64,000 nucleotides of DNA, from the NCBI GenBank assembly GCA_012295275.1, contig CM022665.1, positions 25,544,001 through 25,608,000 of the forward strand, in the 5' to 3' direction. The stretch comes from Chrysomallon squamiferum. Lineage: Eukaryota; Animalia; Mollusca. Positions within the stretch are counted from its first letter, which is position 1, and each line of letters starts with the position of its first letter. Position numbers and translations under genes: made by a program. Positions 14,452 to 26,293 of this stretch are shown one piece after another. The notes under the pieces are model-generated. The model did no database searches. It was not told the origin of the DNA and saw only the letters and a program-made list of their open reading frames with translations.

Positions 14452-17400
14452 AGGGAAGGGGAGGGAGAGAAGAATAAAGGAAGATAGAAGAGATGAAAAA
14501 GAAAAATCTCTTTCCTGACAGTATGAATGATGTGCAATCAACCATGTATTTGAAATCTGTTAAAATCTATCTTTAACCTTATCTCTGTTTCTTCATCTAA
14601 TTCTATTAACTACGAAGCCATTATCTCACTGATGGATGAGTAATTTAATTACCCTAGCACTACAAGCTCTCCGTATTTAATATTATCATTGCTCTGAGGC
14701 TGTGCCTCGTTCTTGGCTGCACTCTGATGTCCTGCAGGTGGTTTGCATGTTGGAGACTCGTAAACATTGTGGTTTGGTGGTTTTGACACATCATCAGCAG
14801 ACCTACCAATAAAAATAAAAATAAAATAAAATAAAATGAATTTATATCATGATAAAAATGAGGCGGATACAGTTAACTGACGTTGCTTAGCCTAATTTTA
14901 GTTTTTTTAAATTTAATTCAACTGAAGCCTGTAACAAGCAATAAATGATTAAAGTATTATTTTATTACTATTATTTTTCTCTTTTTTTTTTCTTTAAAAT
15001 AACAAACTGAGTTAATTATTTAAAAGCATGACATTACACTGATCAAAAACCAATTTTAGGTCTGTTACTTGACCACCTAGTCTAATCAATTAACTGACAA
15101 AAGAAATCAATATGCTAGTGGAAGACAGCAAAGTACACCACACATCTCACTGTGTTGTTTTGGAGATGAACAGAGCTGCCCAGTGGTAATAGAAAAATCT
15201 TTAGTAAAAGAGTAATTAATAGAAAGGATAAAAAGTAGGACAGACTCTGAACTTAACTGGTTTCCTTGTTTGAGAAAATGGTATAATACATTAGCCTGCG
15301 AGTCTGACCTTATTGTGTTGTCAAGCATAAAAATGTTTTTGTGTGAATATTTTTCCTGGACAGCTCAGTTGCTAGTACAACAAAGACTTACTTAAAACAA
15401 TAGGAATACAATATGAAACTATTTAAAATCTACACTCTGAAGTACATTTAGCCATCTTTTCTTCATTATAGACTTGAAGATTGTTCTTGCAGGGGTGTAC
15501 TTAGGTTGTTGTTTTTTTTATTGTTGCATATGATAGCTTTTTTTTTGTCTTTGGGTAGTTTATTTTTTATTTTGTTTTGTTAGTTCTGGACTAATTACAT
15601 ACAGAGCAATAAAATAATATACAAAAAGCTTTCTTTTTTCCTTTTTTTTACCTATTATAAACTGTATGATTATCTCAAACAAAAGTCTGAGTAGTGGGAA
15701 ATTTTACAATGAATCTATTTAATCTCAAGATTTTCCCAAGTATATGCAGTATAATAATACAGTAACTGAAATATTCAGATTAACTGCTACTTTGGATTAA
15801 TTTATTTTCTTGGGAGATTCACAGGATGGTGGGGGTGGGTTGAATGAGTGCCTTTTGTTTTTTTCATTTTTAAATGAAGATAATATTTCAGTAATATTCA
15901 CCATAGGCTAAGTTTAAATCCCATGGGCTTATTGGCAAACGAAAAACCAAACACTCCATTTGCTTATCTACATACATTCATATAACACAGTTATGTCAGT
16001 GTGTGTAAAGAGGGTTCATGCCCTTTCATGAATATTTGTACTAAAATTTGTGTAACTCTAAATTGATATTTCCTTGTTGTGAGTAACATAATACATTACA
16101 GAGTGAGTGCCAGGCCAGCAGTCAAGTGGCATGGTGTCATATAAATTCAAACAAAATAATTTATTAATACAAATTAACACTAAAATTAAACAGAATATTT
16201 TCCTGTGACCCATTTATTGTGATGTATGGTCATATATTATAAATATTTTTTCCTTGATTTTGACACAGGTTTCCTAAAACAATACCATATCCACTTCATA
16301 AAGCATGTCACCATTAAAATACAAAATAATATTATATATATGGCTTAAAAGGGTTAAATCTTTATTTCCAGTGGTTTTGAATGACTTGATATTTCATACA
16401 AAAAGAGTCTTTTTGCTTCAGGTGACATATTTCAAGTCATTTAAAAACCATATATGTGAATGTCTATTTCTTTTTATATATGTATGTATATGAATAAATA
16501 TGTAACTGTCATTCAGAAGATTGTATCTACAAGATATAAATATAACATGTCAATTTTACACTTTACATCTCACTACTAACACAAACCTGGAATGCTGACA
16601 GATGTTACCTAGTCCTTATTAATATATATCAGATATATCTCCATCACTAAAACACTGATCGATAATTTCCAAGCAATGTAGAATAAATATAACAAGCATG
16701 CAACAAAACCAAAGCAGCTGCTACATCTTTAAATAAAGAGCAATTACAAAACTAGAAATAATTCACAAAGGATAATTAATTAACTATGGAGAGAGAGAGA
16801 AAAAAATATTTGGCCTTTCCAATTTTAATTAATAATTTATTTTTATTTTCTTTCAAATAAGCAGGCTAGAAATTCGGTGAAGCATCATGGGTCACTGGAT
16901 CGAATCTCTTTAGTTTTCATGGAGAGCTATTTCTGGTTCTAGCCAGTGTTCCATGACTAGTTTATCAATGACTGCAGCATGTGTTTTCCTATCTACAGTA
17001 CAGTGCATATTAAAGGTCCCTTGCTAATAGTATTTGATAAGAAAGGGTCATGGAATAAGGCAATAAATTTCCTATTTCTGTCAAATAAAAAATATTACAC
17101 CCAAGTAATAACTGAAAATATTAAAAAGTGTTACCATTAAGAAAGTGTTAAATAAATATGTACAAATCTGTTTTAATATTCCTCATGTGGCACAACACTT
17201 TTGGATTATAAAATTGTTTTTAATTTCAAGAGGAATTTCTTTCAGTTCTGTAGTAATCTGTCTTCTTTTTTTCTTTTTTCATGTCTTATCATACAAAACT
17301 GTTTTTAAGTTTTAGCTTGCTACTGTTTTATTTATGAGAATTGCATCTGTTTAGTTGCTAAGCTATGTAAACAAATTTGATGTGATTCTAATCAACAAAA

Positions 17401-18232
17401 TTTTTGGTTCTCCAAATAATATCAAAACATGTTTTTATATAGTTCATTGAACTATAGAAACATGCAGTTAACAAATTTACTATTTTAAAAAACAAAACAT
17501 AAAAAAGTAAAAAAGAAACCCCTATCTTTAAGTACCATGTAAAGATTAATGCATACATCATAATGTCAGCAACAGAATTCTTGATATGTCAATAACACGA
17601 AAAACAAGACCAGCAAACTGTGTTAATGATAGTATTAATGATTAATTAACTGATCTCTATTGGTGATAATTACATATATGATGATGCATGTGGTATTACG
17701 CTAATTAATGGTTTCTTAACTATTACAGTAGCTGACTGGTTTAAAACAGACATGTAATTTTCCCAGCCAATGATAGGGTCAAATTTAGGTGTTGCTAGAT
17801 GACTCAGACAGAAATAAAAACAAGTACAATGATTGACTGCATATGCAGTGTCACTTCTAAAAGACATTAAAACAAAACTTGTAATTCTTGGGGATTTATA
17901 CATTACATTTCATTTTTACTGCTTCAGTAAAAAAAAAAAAAAAAAATTAAAAAAATTAAATAAAGAAAATAAAAAGTCCACCAAAAGCATTAACACAGGA
18001 TTATCTAACAAACAAATTTTTATTTCTGTTCCATATATTTGTATGTGATAAAATAAAAAGTGTGCAAATAGCTAATTGTATTATGAATTATTTTACTGAA
18101 ACATTTTTATTTATTTATTTATTATTTTTTACAATATCAAATTCAATATCCAGATCATTTAAATGAATATAAAGCATTTTGGGGAGAAAAAAAAAAAAAA
18201 AAAAAAAACTAAACAAACAAGCTAATAAAAAA

Positions 18233-18272
<40 letters not shown>

Positions 18273-21200
18273 AATTAAAAAATAAAATGATAAAAAAAAA
18301 AAAAAAAAATGTAATGAATGTTATTCTAAATTTGCCATTTTCATCACAACAAATAAATAAATGACAAGATAAAACTAATACACTTTATTCCTTTACTTTC
18401 TTTTTTCAGCAGTGAAATAAAATGCAGTAAATACACAAAAGCAGTCATTTGTTTCAAGAAGAAAATAATGGCACTGTTAAAAATTACATATGAACAAACT
18501 AAAACGTGTCAGTAAATTAGTAACAGAGTAACAATGCCTGTTTGTACCATAGACTAAATTAACAAATACCCGTAACTTACCAGCCACCTCCAAATAGCAA
18601 TCGAACATCTCTGTACAACCTCTTAATAGGCATTCTGACAAGAAGACTGAAGGAAAAACTTTGTGTGTGAGAAAATCAGGATTTCTGTCGCCCACATCTG
18701 TGTTAGTTCATACTCATGTTAGTGTGCAGTATTGTTTCCGAGGTGCTAACTAACAATAGCATGGTTTTGATAACTAATCCATTCAGAATGTACACATGTA
18801 CAAGTCTACTCAGCAAGTAGGAAATCTTCCAAAGTAATCACTGCCTTTTGTTATCACAGTACTTGTTGCGTTAAATGTTAGCAGCTGACAAGAATCTTTA
18901 TTCTTGTGGGCCAACCATAAAAACAACAACGGGGTATGCCTTCAAACAAAAACACTGCAAAGTAGACACAGCAATTAACACTGCTGCTTAGTCCAAATCT
19001 TTTCACATAAAAGCCAGGCCACAGTTCTCCTGCTGGTCAGATTCAAACAGCTGACACAAATCGATCATGTTAGTGTGACCAACCAGGAATAACCCAAGCC
19101 AGAAGTAAAACAAGATTACTGCAGTTATGTGAGTTACTCAGTATGTATGTGTATTTATTAACGTGACTGATATCCTTCCACTGGTTCTGTATAACACACA
19201 GTGGCACACAGTTAACTAACCAAGACTATTGTTTACTTCTTATGCAGCCATTAATCACTAAAGCACACAGGGATGATTGATTGATTATTGCCATGTTAAC
19301 GGGCCATCTAACAGTCAGTGCATATCTGCCAAATGCAGGAAGACAGAAATGACTAAGGAGAGACAGCACAATGAAACAGATTTAAAGTATTATGTCACAG
19401 AGAAACAAGATCTTCACAGACTGCAGTGTGTTCTGTATGTAACCTGACACGACCAAACTCTATCATGATATGGCAGCACTAGCAAAACTTCACATGTCCT
19501 TATTCTGCTTTTGTCAGATATTTGCATACCGCTAAATGAGTTTCCTTTTCGAATCAGATTTAACATGTAAATATACAATGTCAAATAATGTTTTCACAGA
19601 TTTGTTTTTCTCTTTCTTTTGTACAAATCTACTGAGTACTAGTATTGCACACAAAGGATAAATAGTATTTATTCAGTGGTTACTACAGAGAATCAACTTT
19701 CAGTGTTATAAAATTCACCATTTTCAAAGTGAATTTTGCTTATAAAAAAACAGTTTAAGCTCTTCTTGAATTAAATTGCTGAACATACTTAAATTTTCTA
19801 AAAGGCACATTATTATTTATAAAAATAAATTTCAGTATTTTATTTATTTTACTGTATTTTACTGGTACACATACTGGTTCAAAAATTATCATATAATACA
19901 ATCAAAATATACATATGTAATGATATATTAATATTTTTAAGTTTTTTTTCTATGAAGTCTATTACTCTGTAATTTTTACAATTTTTAAATATGTCTTTAT
20001 AATGACAATAAGAGAAAAGAAATCACTGACACTAGCTCCATATAATACTCTTATCAGTTATGTACAATCTCAGGGACAGGAAAGAACATATCTTTGATCA
20101 ATTATTTGTGAAGCACTGGTCGGAACTAGAAAATACCAGTAGGTGTACTGCGGATTGATCTTGCAACCATATAAGTTTCAAATCAGTGAGCTACGCGAAT
20201 TATGAAAAACTTATGAAAAACTTCATGTAAATTAATTAATATTAAAAAATAAATAATAAGAACATTAAATTAAAAAAAGAAATAAAATACAGTGTCTATG
20301 CTGCACTTTCAGCCTGTATAAAAATATTTCTTAAAAAAAAAAAATCACATACATGTCTTGAAGCAATTAACCTGAGTACAAGTCTTTGCAAGGTCAACAC
20401 ATCATTTTCTGTTAACGTAATTTCTGTATGTTCAGGTGATACAAGTGTATTGACTTGAATCTCTATCTTCTTGACCTGTCTGTTATAAATTTACATTACG
20501 CAATACTCCTTCCACAAATGTAAATATAAAGTTGAACTGACAATGTCACCAGGACACTATATATATATATAAAAGCCACCCACATTTGTTTATGCACATA
20601 TTACATAAGTTTAAAACACAGCTGAAGACAGATAGTATTACTTATTTGAATAACTTAATTTGTAAAATTTAATATATAAAATTTAAAACAATTTTTTTTT
20701 TAAATATCAGAATTTCACAACTTTATTTCAGAAGATTACAGAAATTAGCAGCCTTGAATATGTACAGCTTTAAAGTAATTTTTAAACCTGGCCGAACAGT
20801 TTCAGAATAACTTCACTTATTAGTTTTTAAGATTTTATTTTATTTTACAAAACCAAAATGAAATGATAACAAATTAAACTATTAGTTATTATTAGTTATT
20901 ATTATTATTATTATTAGTTTTTAACAAGTTCTGGAGTTTTATTAGACATTAACATACTATACAGTAGAAGGGAAATAACCCAGTATTAGCAGAATCACTA
21001 ACATGTATATATCTCTCTGATACTGTAAAAATTACCAAGTACTTTTTGAATAATTATCATTAAATAGAATAATTCTTGTAAATGACCAAAACAACAATGA
21101 CACAGAAATAGAAATAACAAAGACAACTTTCTATTTCTTTTGTTATTAGTGTTGAGCAGTAAAGTTTGTTTGAAGACTAAAAATTGTACTTCAAATTCTC

Positions 21201-24200
21201 TCTTTCCAATTAAAAATTCTTTAGAGTGGAATTAATTAGCAGTATCACAATGAAACATAAAACATTTTTCTTTAAAGTAAAATTCAGTAACAAAAAAAAA
21301 AAAGTGTGTTGACTGAAAGTATCATCAACCAAATAAATAACAGGCAGTAGCAAATTAGGCTTGTTACATAAAGATGTAATACTACTAATTAAAATATGAT
21401 TGACTCCTTTGTATGTTATTAAAGATTTATTCATCATTTCTTATTGACCTTAGTCAACAATTATTTCTACTTATTCTTATAGGCTTAGTGACTAGAACCA
21501 TTTTAAAGGTTATACATCTGACATTTTCAAGCCAAGATGATTTGCATTATTATTGCTTTTTCTAGAGCCTGGTCTTACAATAAGTTATGTAAACGTGCTG
21601 TTAATTACAAAATTAAATGGGCTTTATTTGTTTATTGTCTTTAACATATTATTACGATAATAGCAACACATTAAGTTACAGTTAGTACGTTCTTACAAAT
21701 ATGTCTTGATTGTTACATCTGGGATGGCTATTTTAGGTGTGTATGCATGTATAATTAATAAAAAATTAAAAAATTTAAATTTAAAAACTCAGTAAAAGTA
21801 AATAATTTATATTCAAGACAAATAACAAATGAAAAAATAGAACACACAGAACCCCCACCCTCTCAAACAGGCTAATTAAGAACAACTTACCACAAAGCCA
21901 TCAAACTTCTAAGATGCAATAAACTTGTCATATCACCAAAATCTGGAATTCCATAATAAACAGTTCAGTCACTTATGATGGATAACTAAAGAAGAAGACA
22001 ACCAGACTAATAAAGGCATAACCCTTTTTTTTCTTTCATTCTCAGTGTTAACATTACACTGATGCAAACAAATGCAAACGACGTGTGTCTCCTGCCCAAC
22101 TCAGCCAACATTCACTGTGTGTTTGTCGAATTTGTTTGGGAAACAGAAGAATGAAAAACTCAAAGTGAAAACAAAAGAACAAACCACTGTTTCCTGTTGA
22201 TACAGGGCCGCAGAGTCAACAGGTTTCTTGTGGCTCCAATAATGGGGGTGGTCTCAATCTGACCTCGGCAAACAGTTCAGAGAACATAAAGCAAACACTA
22301 AAACCAGTCCAGACACTTTTGTGAAAAAAAAGAAAAAAAGTAAATACAAACTGCAGGTGTATTTTCAGAAGAAAAAAAGAAAAGAAAAGCTCTGAGCCAA
22401 CTACTTTTGACTTGTGAATATTAATTACATAATTTTTTTTTTTTTTTTTTTTACAGTTAATATCAGTGTTTAATTAACAAGGATTATTTGAAAGTAATAT
22501 TGTCTGGAACACTTCACAAATATTCAGATAATGTACAATAAAGCATAAAAAAAATCAAAACAACAAAAAACCCACATAAACAAATAGAATGAAAAATATA
22601 CACAAAATGGTATCATTACCACTAATATAACAAGAAAATTTAATTTTAATTATGCAATCTAAATTTATCAGTGTCTGTTTGTGTACATGTGTATACGTGT
22701 GTGTATTTATTTACTACAAACAAGTAACTCACAGTCTATTAAATTTACGACGGAAAAGTGTCACCATGATGGACATCCTTTCAACCACAAAGCTACTACT
22801 TCTCAACATTACAACATAATTATCACCTGAGTAATAACATGATAATATTTATTACAGTGTGTTGTTACTGTCTCACAATGACAGACTGGATTTTCACCCC
22901 ATGAAACTCAGCTGGTAAATTAGCTATAAAGGTAAAGAAGAATTAACAATAAGGTGTCATTCCTTTTCAGCTTGACCACAGCATGATAACTGTGACTTTT
23001 ATTATCTGTATAAATAATAAGGTAAACAGGATTAGTGTGGTTGTTGTTGTTTTTTAAAATTATTTTTTATGTGTGAATATTTACCCAAATATCCATTTAT
23101 CATGCTCCAAAATTCTGTTAGTATACATATTAAATAAAACAGTTATTGTTGGTGTTTTGGTTTTTGTTTTTTTTATCAAACTTTGTTTCATTCCTATTTC
23201 ATGAAATACAGATTAAGTTTTATATCAAAAATAGTAAAGTAGAATACCTGGTTGTGATACCCATTCTGTAACCTATTCATAATTTAGAGATTAAAAACAA
23301 ATTTCTTATTTAACTTTTTTATATTTTTCAAGTTTATTGTTTATTTATTTATTTATTGATAATTAGATTTGTAAATAAAAATAACATCTAAAAGAAACTA
23401 TGAGTGGAAATTCTTATAGGCATTCAAATTATTCCCCCCCCCCATTTTAATATTCTGCTTTTAATAGCTGTCTCTCTTGTCATTTATTAATGCACACACA
23501 ATCAGTTCATAATAATATCTGTGTGCTGGATTCATATAAAGTATTCTGTTGTATTTGCATGTCAGTGTTTCAAGACAATATTCATATGTAAACTGAAGAC
23601 CTGTTACTAGGTCACAATAATCACACTGTGGAAGGAACAATGCACTCTGTCTTTGAAAATCTAAAGTATCTTTTTCCATCTCAAAGTTTAAGAGAGAGGA
23701 AGGAAAACTTTAGCTGTGGCTTGAAGATGAATCATCACTTACATCTCACAGAGCATAAAAGAACCGATTATTTTTCATTTAAGCAAAAAAAAAAAAAAAA
23801 TCATTATCATGGCAGTGATATTATTTGTTTTAATCTTTAATAGAATATTGCAAAATGCTCTAAGTGTACCTTGTTAATACTTTGAAAAACAATTTTTTTT
23901 TTTTAAACATTCAGGATTAATTAAATCATTTTAGAATAATTTGAAAATAATGCTGAAAATAAAAACATATTTCAATATGTACATACTGATTTTATTACAA
24001 ATACATTTTCTGATATTTTAACAGGGAAAATAAAACATTAATCATACACTGATTGAGTAGATATGCAAAATATATTTTGTAATATCATTTTATAGTCATT
24101 AGTGTGGGTTGTTTTTTTTGTTGTTGTTGTTGTTGTTGTTTTTTCTAATTACTGACCCAATCATAACTTACTAGTAGTAGTATTATTCATAAACTATAGT

Positions 24201-24833
24201 ACAAGGGGGCAATAGATTGGATTCTTGTTGTATAATTTTAATGAAGCTTAATTTTGTATGTGACATTTCAACAAATTATAAGTGATACTAAGTTAGATGG
24301 TGTATTGCCAAATATTGTGTCCTATCATTACTGGTATTAGAAGTTGTTGATATATTTATCATTAGGAAAGTCATTTATTTTCAACAAGTGAATAAAATAA
24401 TTTTTTGCTTGTTTATAATGTTAAAACCTATAAAATATGACTTTTAAGATATCCCCCACCAATGTAAAAATAAAAATAAAAATAAAATTAAAATTAAAAT
24501 TGTTATAAATAAATGTTTATGGCTTAGAATTAATTTAGTTAATATATTCTCATATTAATGATTATTTCAAACATTTTATTTTTGTATGTGATGGTACTGA
24601 GTATTTTCAGGCTTAGAATTGTACCATGGCACTGTGGGTGAGTGGCATGTTTGCCCTCCATACTTATCTTGGTGCTTCATAATTTGGATGATTTCCATGA
24701 CAAAAAACCCCTATGGCTGTGGCAACTTTAATGACTTCTATGAAAACTTGATAAAAATTAAGTTGCCTTCATGCCCTAACATTTTAGATTAAACCCGAGA
24801 CAACCTTTGCCATGCTATCAAAAAAAAAAAAAA

Positions 24834-24891
<58 letters not shown>

Positions 24892-25525
24892 TGTATTTTG
24901 TTAATTTATAATGATATGAGAGTAACCTTTCAGGAACCCCATCTGCTACCACTAGATGGGTATCCTCACAGGTTACTCTCATCATTACCAGCATGGGATC
25001 TTTAATATGCATCTTCCCACAGATAACAGAGAGGAAAGCATTTACCACAGCATTTAATAAAAATTAAAATAAACGAGGGTCTTTGCTATTGGCTGTAACT
25101 GATAATAAACCAATCATTCCAAAGGGCACACCTAATAATTGATACAGTGACCATTACAGGTTTAGGGAATGTGTTTGATGGATTTGACTTGCACATTTTG
25201 ACATTAGGTGATTTAATACTCAGATTAGCCAAATCCATCAATTTGTTTTTCTATTTTGATCAAATGTAAAATACTGATAGTGATAATAATAATGAGAATA
25301 AATCATTATTTTAATAAAATGAAATATGTGTGATAAAAATAAAACATTATCTTTGAATTTTAAAGTCAGAAAATTATAGGCTATTTTATATTTATAAATT
25401 TAAAGAGCAAGAACCGGTATGCTGCCAATGTTAAACAAAGGAAACCTACGGAATTTTAGGTGCAGTTCAAACGTGTACTTTCTCATAAAATAGAATTAGT
25501 ATTACCTTTCTTTTGTGTCTGGCAT
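10178..25525 (-). CDS. Peli: Pellino-family E3 ubiquitin ligase (FHA + RING-like), spliced gene, 445 aa
   Basis: Exons (minus): 25506-25525, 14653-14802, 13801-13930, 13269-13370, 12647-12844, 12114-12299, 11750-11848, 11192-11404, 10674-10789, 10178-10301. All GT-AG, phases consistent, 1338 nt in total. Pellino motifs: KYGELVVLGYNG, DMFQIGRS, QSTISRFACRI, DGLTTNGV, DGTLIDLCGATLVWRT, RPQCPVGLNTL, CGHVHG, PCGHV, CPFC. Confidence 0.95.
10674..10789 (-). CDS. Peli: Pellino exon 9
   Basis: VGPFVKLEIGCELSLYVDSDSPTYCFSPCGHVASENSVR, cag/gtaatg. Confidence 0.95.
11192..11404 (-). CDS. Peli: Pellino exon 8 (first half of RING-like domain)
   Basis: ...INAGRPQCPVGLNTLVLP...QPYVYLKCGHVHGKHEWG...CPLCLE, cag/gtgtgt. 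Confidence 0.95.
11750..11848 (-). CDS. Peli: Pellino exon 7
   Basis: ILEEDNILRDGTLIDLCGATLVWRTALGLITSP, cag/gtaagt. Confidence 0.95.
12114..12299 (-). CDS. Peli: Pellino exon 6
   Basis: EKAVKWHSGDEIDGLTTNGVFIMQP...WREVSVDGGIFPLRESR..., tag/gtaatc. Confidence 0.95.
12647..12844 (-). CDS. Peli: Pellino exon 5 (FHA core)
   Basis: IGRSSEHPIDFVVMDT...QSTISRFACRIIIDRNPPYTAKIYAAGFDSGKNIFLG, cag/gtgagt. Confidence 0.96.
13269..13370 (-). CDS. Peli: Pellino exon 4
   Basis: AVQDSEQHSVSYTLSRNKAVVVEYKPDDDTDMFQ, tag/gtaagt. Confidence 0.95.
13801..13930 (-). CDS. Peli: Pellino exon 3
   Basis: YNGHLTSGDKGRRRSKYILRKRTRANGVKPFRKHLVVSPQSSK, flanked by tag/gtaacc. Confidence 0.95.
14393..14443. repeat. 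(AG)n microsatellite followed by a G-rich tract
   Basis: Read directly from the sequence. Confidence 0.9.
14653..14802 (-). CDS. Peli: Pellino exon 2
   Basis: tag|G TCT GCT ... AAA TAC GGA GAG CTT GTA GTG CTA GG|gtaatt; ends KYGELVVLG. Confidence 0.92.
16875..17160 (+). mobile_element. Degenerate tRNA-derived SINE-like copy
   Basis: B-box-like GGATCGAATC, then TATTTCTGGTTCTAGCCAGTG...GTGCATATTAAAGGTCCCTTGCT. These blocks recur in the opposite orientation at ~20020-20196 and ~24990-25060. Confidence 0.65.
18581..18633 (-). CDS. Candidate alternative first coding exon of Pellino (MPIKRLYRDVRLLFGGG-W)
   Basis: ATG-initiated 53-nt open stretch ending TG|gtaagt, phase 2, splices in frame to exon 2. 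Confidence 0.55.
20020..20196 (-). mobile_element. Degenerate SINE-like copy of the same family
   Basis: Minus strand reads CGTAGCTCACTG (A-box-like)...AAGATCAATCC (B-box-like)...TATTTTCTAGTTCCGACCAGTGCTTCAC, homologous to ~16925-16955. Confidence 0.6.
21891..21931 (-). CDS. Candidate alternative first coding exon of Pellino (MTSLLHLRSLMAL-W)
   Basis: ATG-initiated 41-nt open stretch ending TG|gtaagt, phase 2, splices in frame to exon 2. Confidence 0.5.
24820..25060 (-). mobile_element. 3' part of a SINE-like copy with (ATT)n/poly-T tail and an internal hairpin
   Basis: Minus strand ATCTGTGGGAAGATGCATATTAAAGATCCCATGCT matches GTGCATATTAAAGGTCCCTTGCT at ~17003-17025; microsatellite tail at 24820-24890. 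Confidence 0.65.
25506..25525 (-). CDS. Peli: Pellino coding exon 1 (MPDTKER), distal promoter
   Basis: ATG CCA GAC ACA AAA GAA AG|gtaat. Phase 2 matches exon 2; lies next to a CpG/ETS-motif-containing promoter-like region. Confidence 0.65.
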
Positions 25526-25999
25526 ATCCTTTTAAAACTGTGTGCCAGGCTGTCAAATTAACTTTAAAAATCCACAATTTCATAGACATATGAATTAATT
25601 TTCTGGTAGAAGGAAAACATTACCCATTTGTGTTTACAGGAAATAACCCGTCTTTGACACCTCCTATAGAGGGCGTAATGATATTGTGAGTCGGTATCTA
25701 TCGGAATATTCCGAACATATACGAGAAATATTGATTTGTGATTCTTCTAAGTTCAGTTTCTAAAACTGTTGTTTACGAATCCTAAGAATTTAGGTGAAAT
25801 TTAGACTGCCAAACTAATTATAGTGAAAGAGAATATAATTTTATTTTTTTAGTAACAATTTCGGCGATTACTTCCGAATGATTCCGGATGAATCCGAATT
25901 TGATCAAAGTGGAAATAAATGCTAATTCTCAGGCATACAGGAAGCTGGAAGAAAATTGACCGTCAAGTATCTTGAAAGATTTAGTTTATTTCTCTAATC
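25526..25999. promoter_or_regulatory. Putative bidirectional promoter shared by Pellino and the 97-aa ORF
   Basis: Divergent ATGs 474 nt apart. The region is locally CpG-enriched, has ETS-like cores (ACAGGAAAT, ACTTCCG, TTCCGGATG, ACAGGAAG) and the palindrome TCGGAATATTCCGA at 25701-25714. Confidence 0.6.
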
Positions 26000-26293
26000 A
26001 TGGATTTGCAGGCACTTTTTATTAATAATGCTGACCTACTGCAGCAGTTGGCAACTCTAAATTGGATAAATAATAATGATCCAGAAATGCTTAAAAATGT
26101 AACTTCACTGCGAGTTGGTTACGAATTGTGGAGTCGTCTCTCTGGAGAGAGAGAATTAGAAGCACTGCGCACACAAACGATTTTCAAGATATCACAGTAT
26201 GTTAAAAATCACCCAAAGGCATCAAAAGAAGAACTAACAAAAGAAATTGGGAAACAGATTTGGTTATTCAAAGAGAAAGTGGACAAAATGTAA
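26000..26293 (+). CDS. Intronless 97-aa protein of unknown function, predicted helical
   Basis: Good start context (aatcATGG), no low-complexity sequence, balanced globular composition with amphipathic helical periodicity, and less AT-rich than its flanks. Promoter-like sequence upstream; AATAAA downstream (~26443). Confidence 0.75.
   Translation: MDLQALFINNADLLQQLATLNWINNNDPEMLKNVTSLRVGYELWSRLSGERELEALRTQTIFKISQYVKNHPKASKEELTKEIGKQIWLFKEKVDKM

Noticed and set aside
14065-14545. 158-aa and 73-aa minus-strand ORFs in a Pellino intron
   Set aside because: Driven by the (AG)n microsatellite and poly-A/T tracts (SLSLSL, FFFF).
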